From Bacteroidota bacterium (GTDB lineage: Bacteria; Bacteroidota; Bacteroidia; UKL13-3), in contig CANHVU010000011.1 of assembly GCA_947464275.1 (NCBI GenBank), positions 23,429 through 87,428 of the forward strand: a stretch of 64,000 nt of DNA, given 5' to 3'. Below the pieces are notes generated by a model. The model searched no databases, was not told where the DNA came from, and saw nothing but the letters and a program-made list of their open reading frames with translations. The position numbers were made by a program, and so were the translations under genes. Each line of letters begins with the position of its first letter. Position 1 is the first letter of the stretch. This document shows, one piece after another, positions 1 through 10,604 of the stretch.

Positions 1-1611
<1,611 letters not shown>

Positions 1612-1662
1612 TTAAGATTTTTTTGATTGATTGCGTAGGTAATAATTACTCTATTAACTGAC

Positions 1663-1680
1663 TCCCGATAGCTATCGGGA
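1663..1680. repeat. Perfect 18-nt palindrome tcccgatagctatcggga in the 109-nt groES-groEL spacer
   Basis: Read directly; it is self-complementary around an agct centre. It has the same architecture as gtccgaaagctttcggac at 39709-39726 and 39880-39897. It is preceded by period-7 words tgatttt/tgattta/agatttt at 1601-1621. Confidence 0.85.
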
Positions 1681-1693
1681 CACCAACTAATTG

Positions 1694-1969
1694 CTATACT
1701 ATAGCAAAAATATCGCTTTCGCGCATAATTAAATACTCTTTACCATCAACGGTAACTTCGGTTCCAGCATATTTACCGTACAATACGCTATCGCCAGGCT
1801 TAACAGTCATAGGCTCATCTTTTTTTCCTGCTCCTGCTGCCACAACAATACCTCTTTGCGGTTTTTCTTTAGCTGTGTCTGGAATAATAATTCCACCAAT
1901 TGTTTTTTCTTCTGCCGGTGCTGGCTCCACCAACACTCTGTCGGCTAATGGTTTTAATGATACTGACAT
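1694..1969 (-). CDS. groES: Co-chaperonin GroES (Cpn10)
   Basis: The 91-aa [43 protein letters not shown]... is a typical Cpn10 sequence and lies directly upstream of groEL on the same strand. Confidence 0.97.
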   Translation of the reverse strand: MSVSLKPLADRVLVEPAPAEEKTIGGIIIPDTAKEKPQRGIVVAAGAGKKDEPMTVKPGDSVLYGKYAGTEVTVDGKEYLIMRESDIFAIV

Positions 1970-2253
1970 ATTATTTGTTTTAAATTTTTAGATTGTATAT
2001 TTATAAATCTTTTATTCGATTTATAAACCCACATCAGCACTAATTGTGCCATTGCCGCTAAATTGAAAATTTGGCATAAAAACCGCAACAGCTGTCTTTT
2101 TAATAAATTAAATACACTGTAAAAATGTCAAAATGTGCATTAACCCAAAAAATAGTTAAAAATTTAATAGTATTGTGCAACCGCTACCATTGGTTTATTT
2201 GACTAATGTGTAACTTAACCAAAGTTATTTTTTAAAAACTACCAAACTAAAGC

Positions 2254-2817
2254 ATGAATCTTTCTATTGAAGATATGATTTCAGGTTGCAAAGAAGGCGA
2301 CAGAAAAGCTCAAAAGGCTTTTTATGATCACTTTGCATCAAAAATGCTGGGAGTTTGCATGCGCTATGCCAAAGACAGGGCCGAAGCCGAAGATATGTTG
2401 CAAGAAAGTTTTATTAAATTATTTCAAAGCATGCATACTTACCGTGGTGAAGGCAATTTTGAAGGTTGGGTTAGGCGAGTGGTGGTTTTTAACGCCATAA
2501 ATTTATACAAACATAGGCTTCGTCATTTTAAAGAAGATTTGGATGTTAAGGATTATGACGCAAAATACGATGACGATGTAGTTTCAAAAATTTCGGTTAA
2601 GGAAATTTTAGCTTTTGTGCAGCAAATGCCCGATGGCTATAGGTTAATTTTTAACTTATATGCCATTGAAGGATTTACGCACAAAGAAATAGGCGAACAG
2701 CTTGGAATTGCTATTGGAACCAGTAAATCGCAGTACGCTCGTGCACGCGATTGGATGAAAAAAGCACTAACCAAACATTACAATATTTTAAATGAACCAT
2801 TTGAACAACCAAGATAA
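2254..2817 (+). CDS. ECF-type RNA polymerase sigma-70 family factor
   Basis: 187 aa. It has a region 2-like segment (AEDMLQESFIKLFQSMHTYRGEGNFEGWVRRVV) and a region 4 HTH (YAIEGFTHKEIGEQLGIAIGTSKSQYARARDWMKK). Confidence 0.9.
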   Translation: MNLSIEDMISGCKEGDRKAQKAFYDHFASKMLGVCMRYAKDRAEAEDMLQESFIKLFQSMHTYRGEGNFEGWVRRVVVFNAINLYKHRLRHFKEDLDVKDYDAKYDDDVVSKISVKEILAFVQQMPDGYRLIFNLYAIEGFTHKEIGEQLGIAIGTSKSQYARARDWMKKALTKHYNILNEPFEQPR

Positions 2818-4420
2818 ATTTGAAAAACAGCTAAAAGAGCAGTTCGACAGTTTTGAGGCCAAACCAAATGAGGCCTTATGGGACAATATTGCCCAAAATT
2901 TACCGGCCGATAATTTTGAAAAATCGATTGCTGCTAAATTAAATACTTTGCAGGTTGAACCTAGCGAAGGCATTTGGTTAGCTATAGAAAAACATTTACC
3001 TCAAATATCCAAATACAGCAAAAAACTGGTTTATATATGGACTTTTGCAGTATTAACTGTGGGTGTTATTGCAGGAATTTTTATCAATAAATTCACTACA
3101 GAAATTAGTCAAAACAATACATTAACTCATCCAAAAGCTTTTGTTTGGTTGGATTCGGCTACCATTGGCAATGAAAACTTAATTAGCTCAAATAATTTAT
3201 TGGCAAATACCAATAATAGCAAACAACAGTTAGCTTTAAATGTTAAAAAAGTTGAAAATAAGGCTGTTGCCCCTGACTTGCAAAATACTAATAATCATGT
3301 AAATACAAAAAGTTTAACTTCAACCAAACCTACTACACAAAATTATAGCAATCAAACAAATGCAATCAATAGTACAAAACCTATTATTGCCACTACAGTT
3401 GTTTCCGCTACAGCAATTAATGCTTCAGGTTTAAACAATATGGTAAATAATCCAATTGCTAAAAATGATGGTTTAAATAACAATGCTTTGAGTTCAAATA
3501 ATGGTGGAAGTAATAACAACAATAATACTGTCATTGCTAAAAACGATGAACCAATAAACCCTGTAATTGCTGAACAAAATAAGCCAAAAACAGTAAAAGC
3601 AATTGATAAAACAGAAATCAAAGCTGAAGCACCTTCCAAAGTTGATAGTTCTATCAATATACCCAATGTAAAAACTACCAATGCACAACAAGCATCGGAA
3701 AACGATTACATGGGACCATCCTTAAAACGCGAAAAATTAACCATAATAGCCTATGCGGGAATGGGTTATAGTTTTATGCGCTATGCTGAAGGAACCAATA
3801 AAACTAACAGTGCTGCCAACATTAATTTGCGAGAAAAAACCGAAAGTACCGAATCTGAAATTTCTGGAGGATTTTTGATTGGTTACGATATTACTAAACG
3901 TATTACTTTAAGTTCAGGAATTATCATGGCTAACTTTAAACAAATCATGAATTTTGATAGAGATATAGCCAAACAGCAAATGGGTAATTACGAGGAAAAC
4001 CTTATCTATTATAATGATACCATTCTTGCTGGAAGTAACAATTCAAAATCTTTAAAGTATTCATTTACCGAAATTCCTATTTATGTTACTTATAAAATTT
4101 TAGAAACTCCTAAATTTGAGTTAGCTGCACAAACTGGCTTGGGAATTGGCTTTTTAACAGGAATAAACACTTATGTGATTGCTCAAAACAATGTTGGCGT
4201 TTATGAAATCAGCAATAAAAACGATTATCCTGCTTTTAAAAACACTTTGTTTTTTACTTTCCAGCCTCAATTTACTTATAATTTAAGTGCCCCTGGAGTT
4301 TCCATTGGTTTTATGCCAATAATAAAAACCAGTTTAACCAATATTGTATCTGACGAAAAATGGTTGAAACAATATCCATATAACATGAGTTTCAACTTGT
4401 TTTTAAGAAAAAGATTTTAG
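2792..4420 (+). CDS. Putative anti-sigma-like membrane protein with a C-terminal outer-membrane beta-barrel-like domain
   Basis: 542 aa. Its start overlaps the sigma gene by 26 nt. It has a short N-terminal soluble part and one TM helix (LVYIWTFAVLTVGVIAGIFI). A ~230-aa Asn/Thr/Ser-rich low-complexity linker follows. The C-terminal ~220 aa has an alternating strand pattern ending FNLFLRKRF, an OMP-like terminal Phe. Confidence 0.6.
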   Translation: MNHLNNQDKFEKQLKEQFDSFEAKPNEALWDNIAQNLPADNFEKSIAAKLNTLQVEPSEGIWLAIEKHLPQISKYSKKLVYIWTFAVLTVGVIAGIFINKFTTEISQNNTLTHPKAFVWLDSATIGNENLISSNNLLANTNNSKQQLALNVKKVENKAVAPDLQNTNNHVNTKSLTSTKPTTQNYSNQTNAINSTKPIIATTVVSATAINASGLNNMVNNPIAKNDGLNNNALSSNNGGSNNNNNTVIAKNDEPINPVIAEQNKPKTVKAIDKTEIKAEAPSKVDSSINIPNVKTTNAQQASENDYMGPSLKREKLTIIAYAGMGYSFMRYAEGTNKTNSAANINLREKTESTESEISGGFLIGYDITKRITLSSGIIMANFKQIMNFDRDIAKQQMGNYEENLIYYNDTILAGSNNSKSLKYSFTEIPIYVTYKILETPKFELAAQTGLGIGFLTGINTYVIAQNNVGVYEISNKNDYPAFKNTLFFTFQPQFTYNLSAPGVSIGFMPIIKTSLTNIVSDEKWLKQYPYNMSFNLFLRKRF

Positions 4421-4424
4421 TTTT

Positions 4425-4598
4425 TAGCCACAGATTACGCAGATTTTTTATCAATTGGTCGCTGAGCTTGTCGAAGCGTTGCCATTGATTTCTCAGATAA
4501 CTTAATAAGAATAACCGTTAAGGACTCAAAGTTTTTCGCACAGCTCGCTAAGGTTTTTGCCAAAGATTTTTCAGGTAGTACTGATTTTTTATCAATTG
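4425..4598. repeat. Intergenic word island: tagccacagatt word plus a 125-nt GC-richer segment flanked by a perfect 16-nt direct repeat
   Basis: gattttttatcaattg occurs at 4442-4457 and again at 4583-4598. The enclosed 4458-4582 contains gtcgctgagcttgtcgaagcg and cgcacagctcgctaagg type words. tagccacagatt (4425-4436) has its exact reverse complement at 5828-5839. Confidence 0.8.
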
Positions 4599-4710
4599 CA
4601 GAATTTTGCCTGCGATAAAATTATTATTCAAATTCAATAATCTTTTTTACTTTTACGTTAAAGATTCAAACAATTCACTCTTTTCAGAATATTTATTCAG
4701 TAAAAATAAA

Positions 4711-5751
4711 ATGAAGTCATTTAAACAAAATATAAAAACCTTAAGTAAATACATTACATTTATTTGCTTGGTTTTAACCTTCAGCTCTGCCACTTACGGT
4801 CAAACTGGAAATGATTTACCAATAATTGAAGATTTTGAGAAAGATACTGTTTGGCATTGGAATACTTGGTTAAAAGTTGGAGAAGGATTTTCTTTAAAAA
4901 CTAAAGGTGCTGCCCATTCCAGTAATTTTGGATTATACTGCCAAAGTGGTGGAGGATTTTATAAAAGAATTGATAAAACTATTGGACTTCCTGATGAAGC
5001 TATAAGTTGGTGGACACGTTTCAATCAAAATACTAGACTTTATTTTGGAATTGGTATGAACAACACAGAAAGCGGGTATTTTTTATGTGTTGACCCAAGC
5101 ACTAATAAATTAAACTTTTCGAAGACTCCAAATTACACATATCCTCCTTTAAAAACAGTAAACCAAACCTATAAATTATATACATGGTATAGAGTTGAAG
5201 TTTTATTTAATACCTCCACCAATGTTACAGGAAAACTCTATTCAGCAGATGGTAAAACTTTACTTAATTCTATAACTACTGAAATTCATGATTTAGTGCC
5301 AGGTGGAATTGCTTTTAGAGGGTACTCTTTGTATTTAGACGATATAAGAGGAGGTACAAGAAACCTGCAAATGGATATTGACACTGATAGCTTTGCTCCC
5401 AAATTAGGAGTACCTTTAATCCTTAAAAATATTGTATTTGAAACTAACAAAAGTATTTTATTGAAAGAATCTTATACAGAATTAAATAAGTTAGTAACCT
5501 ATTTAAAGCGTAATCCGACTTTTAAAATTAATGTGGTAGGACATACAGATAATATTGGTAATGAAGTCGATAATTTAAAACTATCAAAAGATAGAGCAAA
5601 AGCAGTTGCAGATTATTTAATTGAACAAGGTATAAATACGGCTTTTATTAAATTCAATGGCTTAAGTAGTTCAAAACCAATAGCAAGTAACGATAAAGCA
5701 GATGGCAGAAAAATAAACAGACGCGTAGAATGTATCATTGATAATAAATAA
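4711..5751 (+). CDS. OmpA-family protein (unknown N-terminal domain plus C-terminal OmpA peptidoglycan-binding domain)
   Basis: The C-terminus NIVFETNKSILLKESYTELNKLVTYLKRNPTFKINVVGHTDNIGNEVDNLKLSKDRAKAVADYLIEQGI...NRRVECII is a classic OmpA_C motif. The likely start is the ATG at 4711 (MKSFKQNIKTLSKYITFICLVLTFSSATYGQ signal peptide), not the TTG at 4606 in the ORF track. Confidence 0.88.
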   Translation: MKSFKQNIKTLSKYITFICLVLTFSSATYGQTGNDLPIIEDFEKDTVWHWNTWLKVGEGFSLKTKGAAHSSNFGLYCQSGGGFYKRIDKTIGLPDEAISWWTRFNQNTRLYFGIGMNNTESGYFLCVDPSTNKLNFSKTPNYTYPPLKTVNQTYKLYTWYRVEVLFNTSTNVTGKLYSADGKTLLNSITTEIHDLVPGGIAFRGYSLYLDDIRGGTRNLQMDIDTDSFAPKLGVPLILKNIVFETNKSILLKESYTELNKLVTYLKRNPTFKINVVGHTDNIGNEVDNLKLSKDRAKAVADYLIEQGINTAFIKFNGLSSSKPIASNDKADGRKINRRVECIIDNK

Positions 5752-5898
5752 GATTTTTCAGTTTGTAAATAAGAATTCCTTTTCTAAAACAAATGAATTT
5801 CTTTATTTTTTTCAGTGTAATTAGTGAAATCTGTGGCTATTTTATTTTCAATGGCTTTTTTTCTTCAAAACCAATAATCTTTTATATTTTTGCACGCT

Positions 5899-7206
5899 AT
5901 GCAAAAAACAGTTGCGTTTTATACTTTAGGTTGTAAATTAAATTTTTCTGAAACCAGTTCAATTGGTCGCCAATTAACAGAGGCTGGAATGCAAAAGGTT
6001 GCTTTTGAGGCTGGAGCCGATGTGTATGTGGTAAACACTTGCTCAGTAACCGATAATGCCGATAAAAAATGCCAAAAAATTGTAAAAGAAGCTTTACGCC
6101 ATAACCCAAATGCTTTTGTGGCTATAGTTGGCTGCTATGCGCAATTAAAACCAAACGAAATTGCTAAAATTCCAGGTGTAGATGTGGTACTAGGTGCTGC
6201 CGAAAAATTTAATATTGAAAACTACCTGAACGATATTAGCAAACGCGAAGTAGCCATAGTTAAAGAAGGAAAAATTAAAGAAGTTTTAGATTACCATGCC
6301 AGTTATTCTATTGGGGACAGAACACGTTCGTTTTTAAAAGTGCAAGATGGTTGCGATTATTTTTGTTCGTTTTGTACCATTCCATTAGCTCGTGGTAAAA
6401 GCCGCAGCGACACCATAGCTAATATTGTAAAACAAGCAGAAGAAATAGTAAGTCAAGGAATTAAAGAAATTGTACTAACAGGCGTAAACACTGGCGATTT
6501 TGGACAAGGAACTGACGAAAATTTTTATCAATTGCTGCAAGCTTTAGAGCAAGTAAATGGTTTGGAACGTATCAGAATTTCGAGCATTGAGCCCAATTTA
6601 CTTACCGATGAAATTATAGAATTAGTGGCTAAATCAAATGTAATTGTGCCGCACTTTCATATTCCATTACAAAGCGGTAGCGATAAAATTTTACAATCCA
6701 TGCGCAGAAGGTATTTAACCGAATTATATACCTCGCGCGTTAATAAAATCAAAGCTTTAATGCCTCATTGCTGCATTGGTGTAGATGTTATTGTGGGTTA
6801 TCCGGGCGAAGAGCACGAAGATTTTATTGATACTTACAATTATTTGAACGAACTCAATATTTCGTATTTGCATGTATTTACTTATAGCGAAAGGGTGAAT
6901 ACTACAGCTTATAAATTGCCAGGAAAAGTAAATTTAAGCGAACGTGCCGACAGAAGTAAAATGCTACATATTTTAAGTGATAAAAAACGTTTGGCATTTT
7001 ATAACGAACATATTGGCAAAACCTACCCTGTACTTTGGGAAGCCGAAAACGACAATAATGTAATGTACGGATTTACCAATAATTACATTAAAGTAAAAAC
7101 CAATTACGACCCTATGTTGGTTAACGAAATAGTAGAAGTAGAAATTACTGCTATTGATCATGAAGACATGGTAGCTAAATGTAAGTTATTACAAATGGTT
7201 TATTAG
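5899..7206 (+). CDS. mtaB: Radical-SAM methylthiotransferase, MtaB-like (tRNA t6A37 methylthiotransferase)
   Basis: The N-terminal UPF0004 domain reads VAFYTLGCKLNFSETS. The radical-SAM motif is CDYFCSFC (CxxxCxxC). A TRAM-like C-terminus is present. The ATG at 5899 is preferred over the TTG at 5890. Confidence 0.85.
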   Translation: MQKTVAFYTLGCKLNFSETSSIGRQLTEAGMQKVAFEAGADVYVVNTCSVTDNADKKCQKIVKEALRHNPNAFVAIVGCYAQLKPNEIAKIPGVDVVLGAAEKFNIENYLNDISKREVAIVKEGKIKEVLDYHASYSIGDRTRSFLKVQDGCDYFCSFCTIPLARGKSRSDTIANIVKQAEEIVSQGIKEIVLTGVNTGDFGQGTDENFYQLLQALEQVNGLERIRISSIEPNLLTDEIIELVAKSNVIVPHFHIPLQSGSDKILQSMRRRYLTELYTSRVNKIKALMPHCCIGVDVIVGYPGEEHEDFIDTYNYLNELNISYLHVFTYSERVNTTAYKLPGKVNLSERADRSKMLHILSDKKRLAFYNEHIGKTYPVLWEAENDNNVMYGFTNNYIKVKTNYDPMLVNEIVEVEITAIDHEDMVAKCKLLQMVY

Positions 7207-7246
7207 TTTTGGCTAGTTCCGAGCAACCAAAAATTCACTTTATAAA

Positions 7247-7283
7247 CAAAAAACGCAAGCACTTTTGGCACTTGCGTTTTTTT
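7247..7283. terminator. Bidirectional intrinsic terminator between convergent mtaB and peroxiredoxin genes
   Basis: A-run 7247-7253, stem cgcaag (7254-7259) / cttgcg (7271-7276), T-run 7277-7283. Confidence 0.75.
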
Positions 7284-7304
7284 ATTGTTATCTAACTAAA
7301 TAAA

Positions 7305-7778
7305 TTAGTTCAATTCAGCTAAAGTAGCGTTAATTGCTTCAAAATTAGGTAAGTCGCCAGGACTTGCTAAAACTTCAGCATACTGAATAACACCTTCTTT
7401 ATCAATTACAAAAGCTGAGCGTTTTGAAACACCTTGCATACCAAAAGCAGGGAAAGTTTCGTACAATGCACCATAAGCAGCCGAAGTAGTTTTGTTAAAA
7501 TCCGATAATAAATCGAATGATAAATTTTGCTCAGTTTTAAATTTATCTAATACAAATAATGAATCAACCGAAATAGCTACCACATCGGCATTATCGTTTT
7601 TATACATAGTAATGGCATCACGCACTGTGCATAATTGTGCTGTGCAAACGCCTGTAAAAGCTAATGGAAAAAAGTGTACCACTAAGTTTTTACCTTTAAA
7701 ATCTTCTAATTTAACTTCCTTTTTTTCAGTATTTAATAATGAAAACGAAGGTGCTTTATCTCCTTTTTGTAGTGTCAT
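7305..7778 (-). CDS. Peroxiredoxin (AhpC/TSA-redoxin family)
   Basis: 157 aa. KAPSFSLLNTEKKEVKLEDFKGKNLVVHFFPLAFTGVCTAQLC carries the peroxidatic Cys context FTxVCT. Confidence 0.88.
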   Translation of the reverse strand: MTLQKGDKAPSFSLLNTEKKEVKLEDFKGKNLVVHFFPLAFTGVCTAQLCTVRDAITMYKNDNADVVAISVDSLFVLDKFKTEQNLSFDLLSDFNKTTSAAYGALYETFPAFGMQGVSKRSAFVIDKEGVIQYAEVLASPGDLPNFEAINATLAELN

Positions 7779-7845
7779 GTTATATTTTGTTGTTATAATT
7801 TTTAAACTGCAATACTAAAAAAATGTTTTGACCAATTTTAGAATA

Positions 7846-8850
7846 TTATTTTATTCTTTTCATTCCTTCAATTGCTAATTGATACTGTGGGCTGTATTTC
7901 AAAACAAATTCATAATTTAATTTTGCATTGACTTTATCTTTCAGCATCTCGTAGCAAAGCCCTCGCATATAGTAAGCTGGCAAATAATCGTTCATCATGC
8001 GCACACACAAATCAAAATTATGAATGGCTTCTTTTAAAAAACCAGTTTCAAAATTTATATAGCCCACATTATAGTAGCATTGGTAATAATTCATGTTTTT
8101 GTCAATTACCTTTTTGTAATCGCTTAAAGCCATTTTAAATTGTTTTTGACTTTGCCAAAATGTGCCTCTTGCAAAAAAGGCATCTTCATCGTTAGGCCTA
8201 ATGCTAATGGCTGCATTTATATATTCTAAAGCCAATTTGTTATTTTGAGCCATTAAAATTTTTGCCAAAATCATGTGGCTATCAAAATCATTATTATCCA
8301 ATTCAATGGCTTTTTGGAAGTTTAAAATAGCTTTAGCCGTATCGCCCACATCTTTATAATTCATGGCCCTAATATGGTAAGCGTAAGCTTTGGTTTTATC
8401 TAATGCCAAAACCGAATTGGCCAAATTAATCGACTTTTCGTGCTCTTTGGTTATATAGTATAAATCAGCAAGTTTTATTTTTGCGTCTATAAATTCTGGT
8501 GCTAATGCAATAGCTTTTTCATAGTTTTTAGAAGCTAGTAATGAACGATTTAAGCCATAATTACAACGCGCTTGCATGTAAAAATAATTGGGATTGGTTG
8601 AATCTAAGGTACAAGCATCTTTAAAATCAATTTCTGCTCTTTCTAAAATATCGGCTGCAAAATACTTTTCACCCCTTTCAAAATACAGCTCTGGGTCGCG
8701 CGGATTTTCTTGAATTTTTATCGAAACATCCTGAACACCAGCTTTTATGGCTACTGAATCTATATTGGCAGAAGTACTGGTTTTATTTGTATTGTTGCCG
8801 CAGGCAATAACAAAAAGTGCAGCAATAAAAAGGATAGTATTTTTATACAT
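7846..8850 (-). CDS. TPR-repeat lipoprotein
   Basis: 334 aa. The signal peptide and lipobox read LFIAALFVIAC. Multiple 34-aa TPR-like units are present (AYAYHIRAMNYKDVGDTAKAILNFQKAIELDNND and others). Confidence 0.8.
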   Translation of the reverse strand: MYKNTILFIAALFVIACGNNTNKTSTSANIDSVAIKAGVQDVSIKIQENPRDPELYFERGEKYFAADILERAEIDFKDACTLDSTNPNYFYMQARCNYGLNRSLLASKNYEKAIALAPEFIDAKIKLADLYYITKEHEKSINLANSVLALDKTKAYAYHIRAMNYKDVGDTAKAILNFQKAIELDNNDFDSHMILAKILMAQNNKLALEYINAAISIRPNDEDAFFARGTFWQSQKQFKMALSDYKKVIDKNMNYYQCYYNVGYINFETGFLKEAIHNFDLCVRMMNDYLPAYYMRGLCYEMLKDKVNAKLNYEFVLKYSPQYQLAIEGMKRIK

Positions 8851-8924
8851 TAATGGTAAATTTTAGCTGAAATAAATAAGTGTTTATTACAAGTCACAAA
8901 AAAACATAATTTTGTTGGCTCAAA

Positions 8925-8980
8925 AAAGTTTTAAAGTTTTAAGAAGTGTTTATGTTTTTTTAAGTGTTAAAGTGTTTATG
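8925..8980. repeat. Left word block flanking the four-helix-bundle gene (contains aagtgttaaagt)
   Basis: aagtgttaaagt at 8962-8973 is the exact reverse complement of actttaacactt at 9397-9408. agtgtttatg is repeated at 8945-8954 and 8971-8980. Confidence 0.85.
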
Positions 8981-8992
8981 TAGCTTTTGTTT

Positions 8993-9364
8993 ATGAGTAA
9001 AATTGACCGTTTTGAAGATTTAGATTGCTGGAAGAAATCAAGAGAGCTGGTGAATTTAATCTTTGATATTTGCGAAAATCAAATGAAAAACAAAGATTTT
9101 TCTACTCAAGACCAAATAAAAAGAGCAGCATTATCTACTATGAACAATATTGCAGAGGGATTTGGTAGATATAGTAATAAAGAGTTTATTCGTTTTTTGG
9201 AGTATTCAGCTTCTTCTTCAATGGAAATCAGAAGTATGTTGTATATTTTATCTGACAGAAAATATATTGATAAAAATGAATTTGAAAAATGTTACAAACT
9301 AACAAATGACCTTACCAATACTACTTTAGGTTTGATTAGATATTTAAAAACAAAAATTAACTAA
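8993..9364 (+). CDS. Four-helix-bundle protein (23S rRNA intervening-sequence protein family, TIGR02436-like)
   Basis: MSKIDRFEDLDCWKKSRELVNLIFDI...IKRAALSTMNNIAEGFGRYSNKEFIRFLEYSASSSMEIRSMLYIL is the characteristic pattern of this family. The ATG at 8993 is preferred. Confidence 0.85.
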   Translation: MSKIDRFEDLDCWKKSRELVNLIFDICENQMKNKDFSTQDQIKRAALSTMNNIAEGFGRYSNKEFIRFLEYSASSSMEIRSMLYILSDRKYIDKNEFEKCYKLTNDLTNTTLGLIRYLKTKIN

Positions 9365-9380
9365 GATAACAAGAACAAAA

Positions 9381-9437
9381 AACTTTGAACTTAAAAACTT
9401 TAACACTTGTAAAATAAAGACTTTAACACTCAAAAAC
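9381..9437. repeat. Right word block flanking the four-helix-bundle gene (actttaacact twice)
   Basis: actttaacactt at 9397-9408 and actttaacact at 9420-9430. These are inverted relative to 8962-8973. Related words occur at 53941-54030. Confidence 0.85.
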
Positions 9438-9438
9438 A

Positions 9439-10596
9439 ATGGCATTTTACCACAAACAAGGACAAATACCCGCTAAAAGACATACGCAATTCAGAAAGCC
9501 TGATGGCTCACTTTACTCAGAAGAATTGGTTTCAACCGAGGGTTTTAGTAGTTTATACTCATTGGTTTACCACTGCCATCCGCCTACATTGGTTAAGGAA
9601 ATTGGAGAACCATATAGCATAGCGCCCAAAGCTGCTATTGAAAAAAATCTGCAAAACCGTAGTTTTTTAACCTTTAAAACGACTCCTGTTGACGATTATT
9701 TAAAAAGTCGTGTGTATACGCTTTTTAATAACGATGTGTATTTGGCTTCGGCTGCGCCTCGCAAAAGCATGACAGATTATTTTTTCAAGAATGCGGATGC
9801 TGATGAAGTATTATTTATTCATGAAGGAAGCGGTGTTTTAAAAACAGTTTATGGACAAATTCCATTTGAATATGGCGATTATTTGGTAATCCCTCGAGGT
9901 ACCATTTACCAATTGCATTTTGAAACTGAGCAAAACAGGATTTTTATTACTGAATCTTTTTCTCCAATCCGCCCGCCAAAACGTTACTTAAACCAATATG
10001 GACAATTATTGGAGCACTCGCCTTATTGCGAGCGCGATATAAAGTTACCTGAACTAAAAGAAACCTTTGATGAAAAAGGCGACTTTAAGGTTTTAATTAA
10101 AAAACAGGATATGATTTTCCCATACACTTATGCCACACATCCTTTTGATGCCATAGGTTGGGATGGATTTCAGTATCCTTTTGGTTTTAGCATTCATAAC
10201 TATGAGCCAATAACAGGTCGTGTGCACATGCCACCACCAATTCATCAAACTTTTGAAGGACATAATTTTGTAATTTGTTCATTTGTTCCTCGATTGTATG
10301 ATTACCACCCGCTTTCAATTCCTGCGCCTTATAACCACAGCAATGTAGATAGTGATGAGGTTTTATATTATGTTGATGGTGATTTTATGAGCCGTAAACA
10401 CGTAGAACGTGGTATGATAAGTTTGCATCCAAAAGGTATTCCTCATGGTCCACATCCAGGAACGGTTGAAAAATCGATTGGTAAATTAGAAACCAAAGAA
10501 TTAGCTGTAATGATTGATCCATTTTATCCATTAAAAATAACTCAAGCTGCTATGGAAATGGAAGATCCTGGTTATTATAAAACGTGGGTGGAGTAG
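9439..10596 (+). CDS. hmgA: Homogentisate 1,2-dioxygenase
   Basis: 385 aa. The cupin-type core has ...HNYEPITGRVHMPPPIHQTFEGHNFVICSFVPRLYDYHP...SLHPKGIPHGPHPG. It lies in the same cluster as hppD. Confidence 0.85.
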   Translation: MAFYHKQGQIPAKRHTQFRKPDGSLYSEELVSTEGFSSLYSLVYHCHPPTLVKEIGEPYSIAPKAAIEKNLQNRSFLTFKTTPVDDYLKSRVYTLFNNDVYLASAAPRKSMTDYFFKNADADEVLFIHEGSGVLKTVYGQIPFEYGDYLVIPRGTIYQLHFETEQNRIFITESFSPIRPPKRYLNQYGQLLEHSPYCERDIKLPELKETFDEKGDFKVLIKKQDMIFPYTYATHPFDAIGWDGFQYPFGFSIHNYEPITGRVHMPPPIHQTFEGHNFVICSFVPRLYDYHPLSIPAPYNHSNVDSDEVLYYVDGDFMSRKHVERGMISLHPKGIPHGPHPGTVEKSIGKLETKELAVMIDPFYPLKITQAAMEMEDPGYYKTWVE

Positions 10597-10604
10597 AGGA
10601 ATTT

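Noticed and set aside
2030-2065. CIRCE-like heat-shock operator upstream of groES
   Set aside because: The sequence atcagcactaattgtgccattgccgctaa does not form the TTAGCACTC-N9-GAGTGCTAA inverted repeat, so no convincing operator is present.
3352-3691. Minus-strand ORFs of 109 and 65 aa
   Set aside because: They are antisense to the Asn/Thr-rich low-complexity linker of 2792-4420. Repetitive AAT/AAC codons produce open antisense frames.
4606-4710. N-terminal extensions in the ORF track (TTG at 4606; similarly 5890, 8987, 16535, 45003, 50624)
   Set aside because: In each case a downstream ATG gives a canonical N-terminus: a signal peptide, a lipobox or a conserved family start. The extensions cross repeat or promoter-like DNA.
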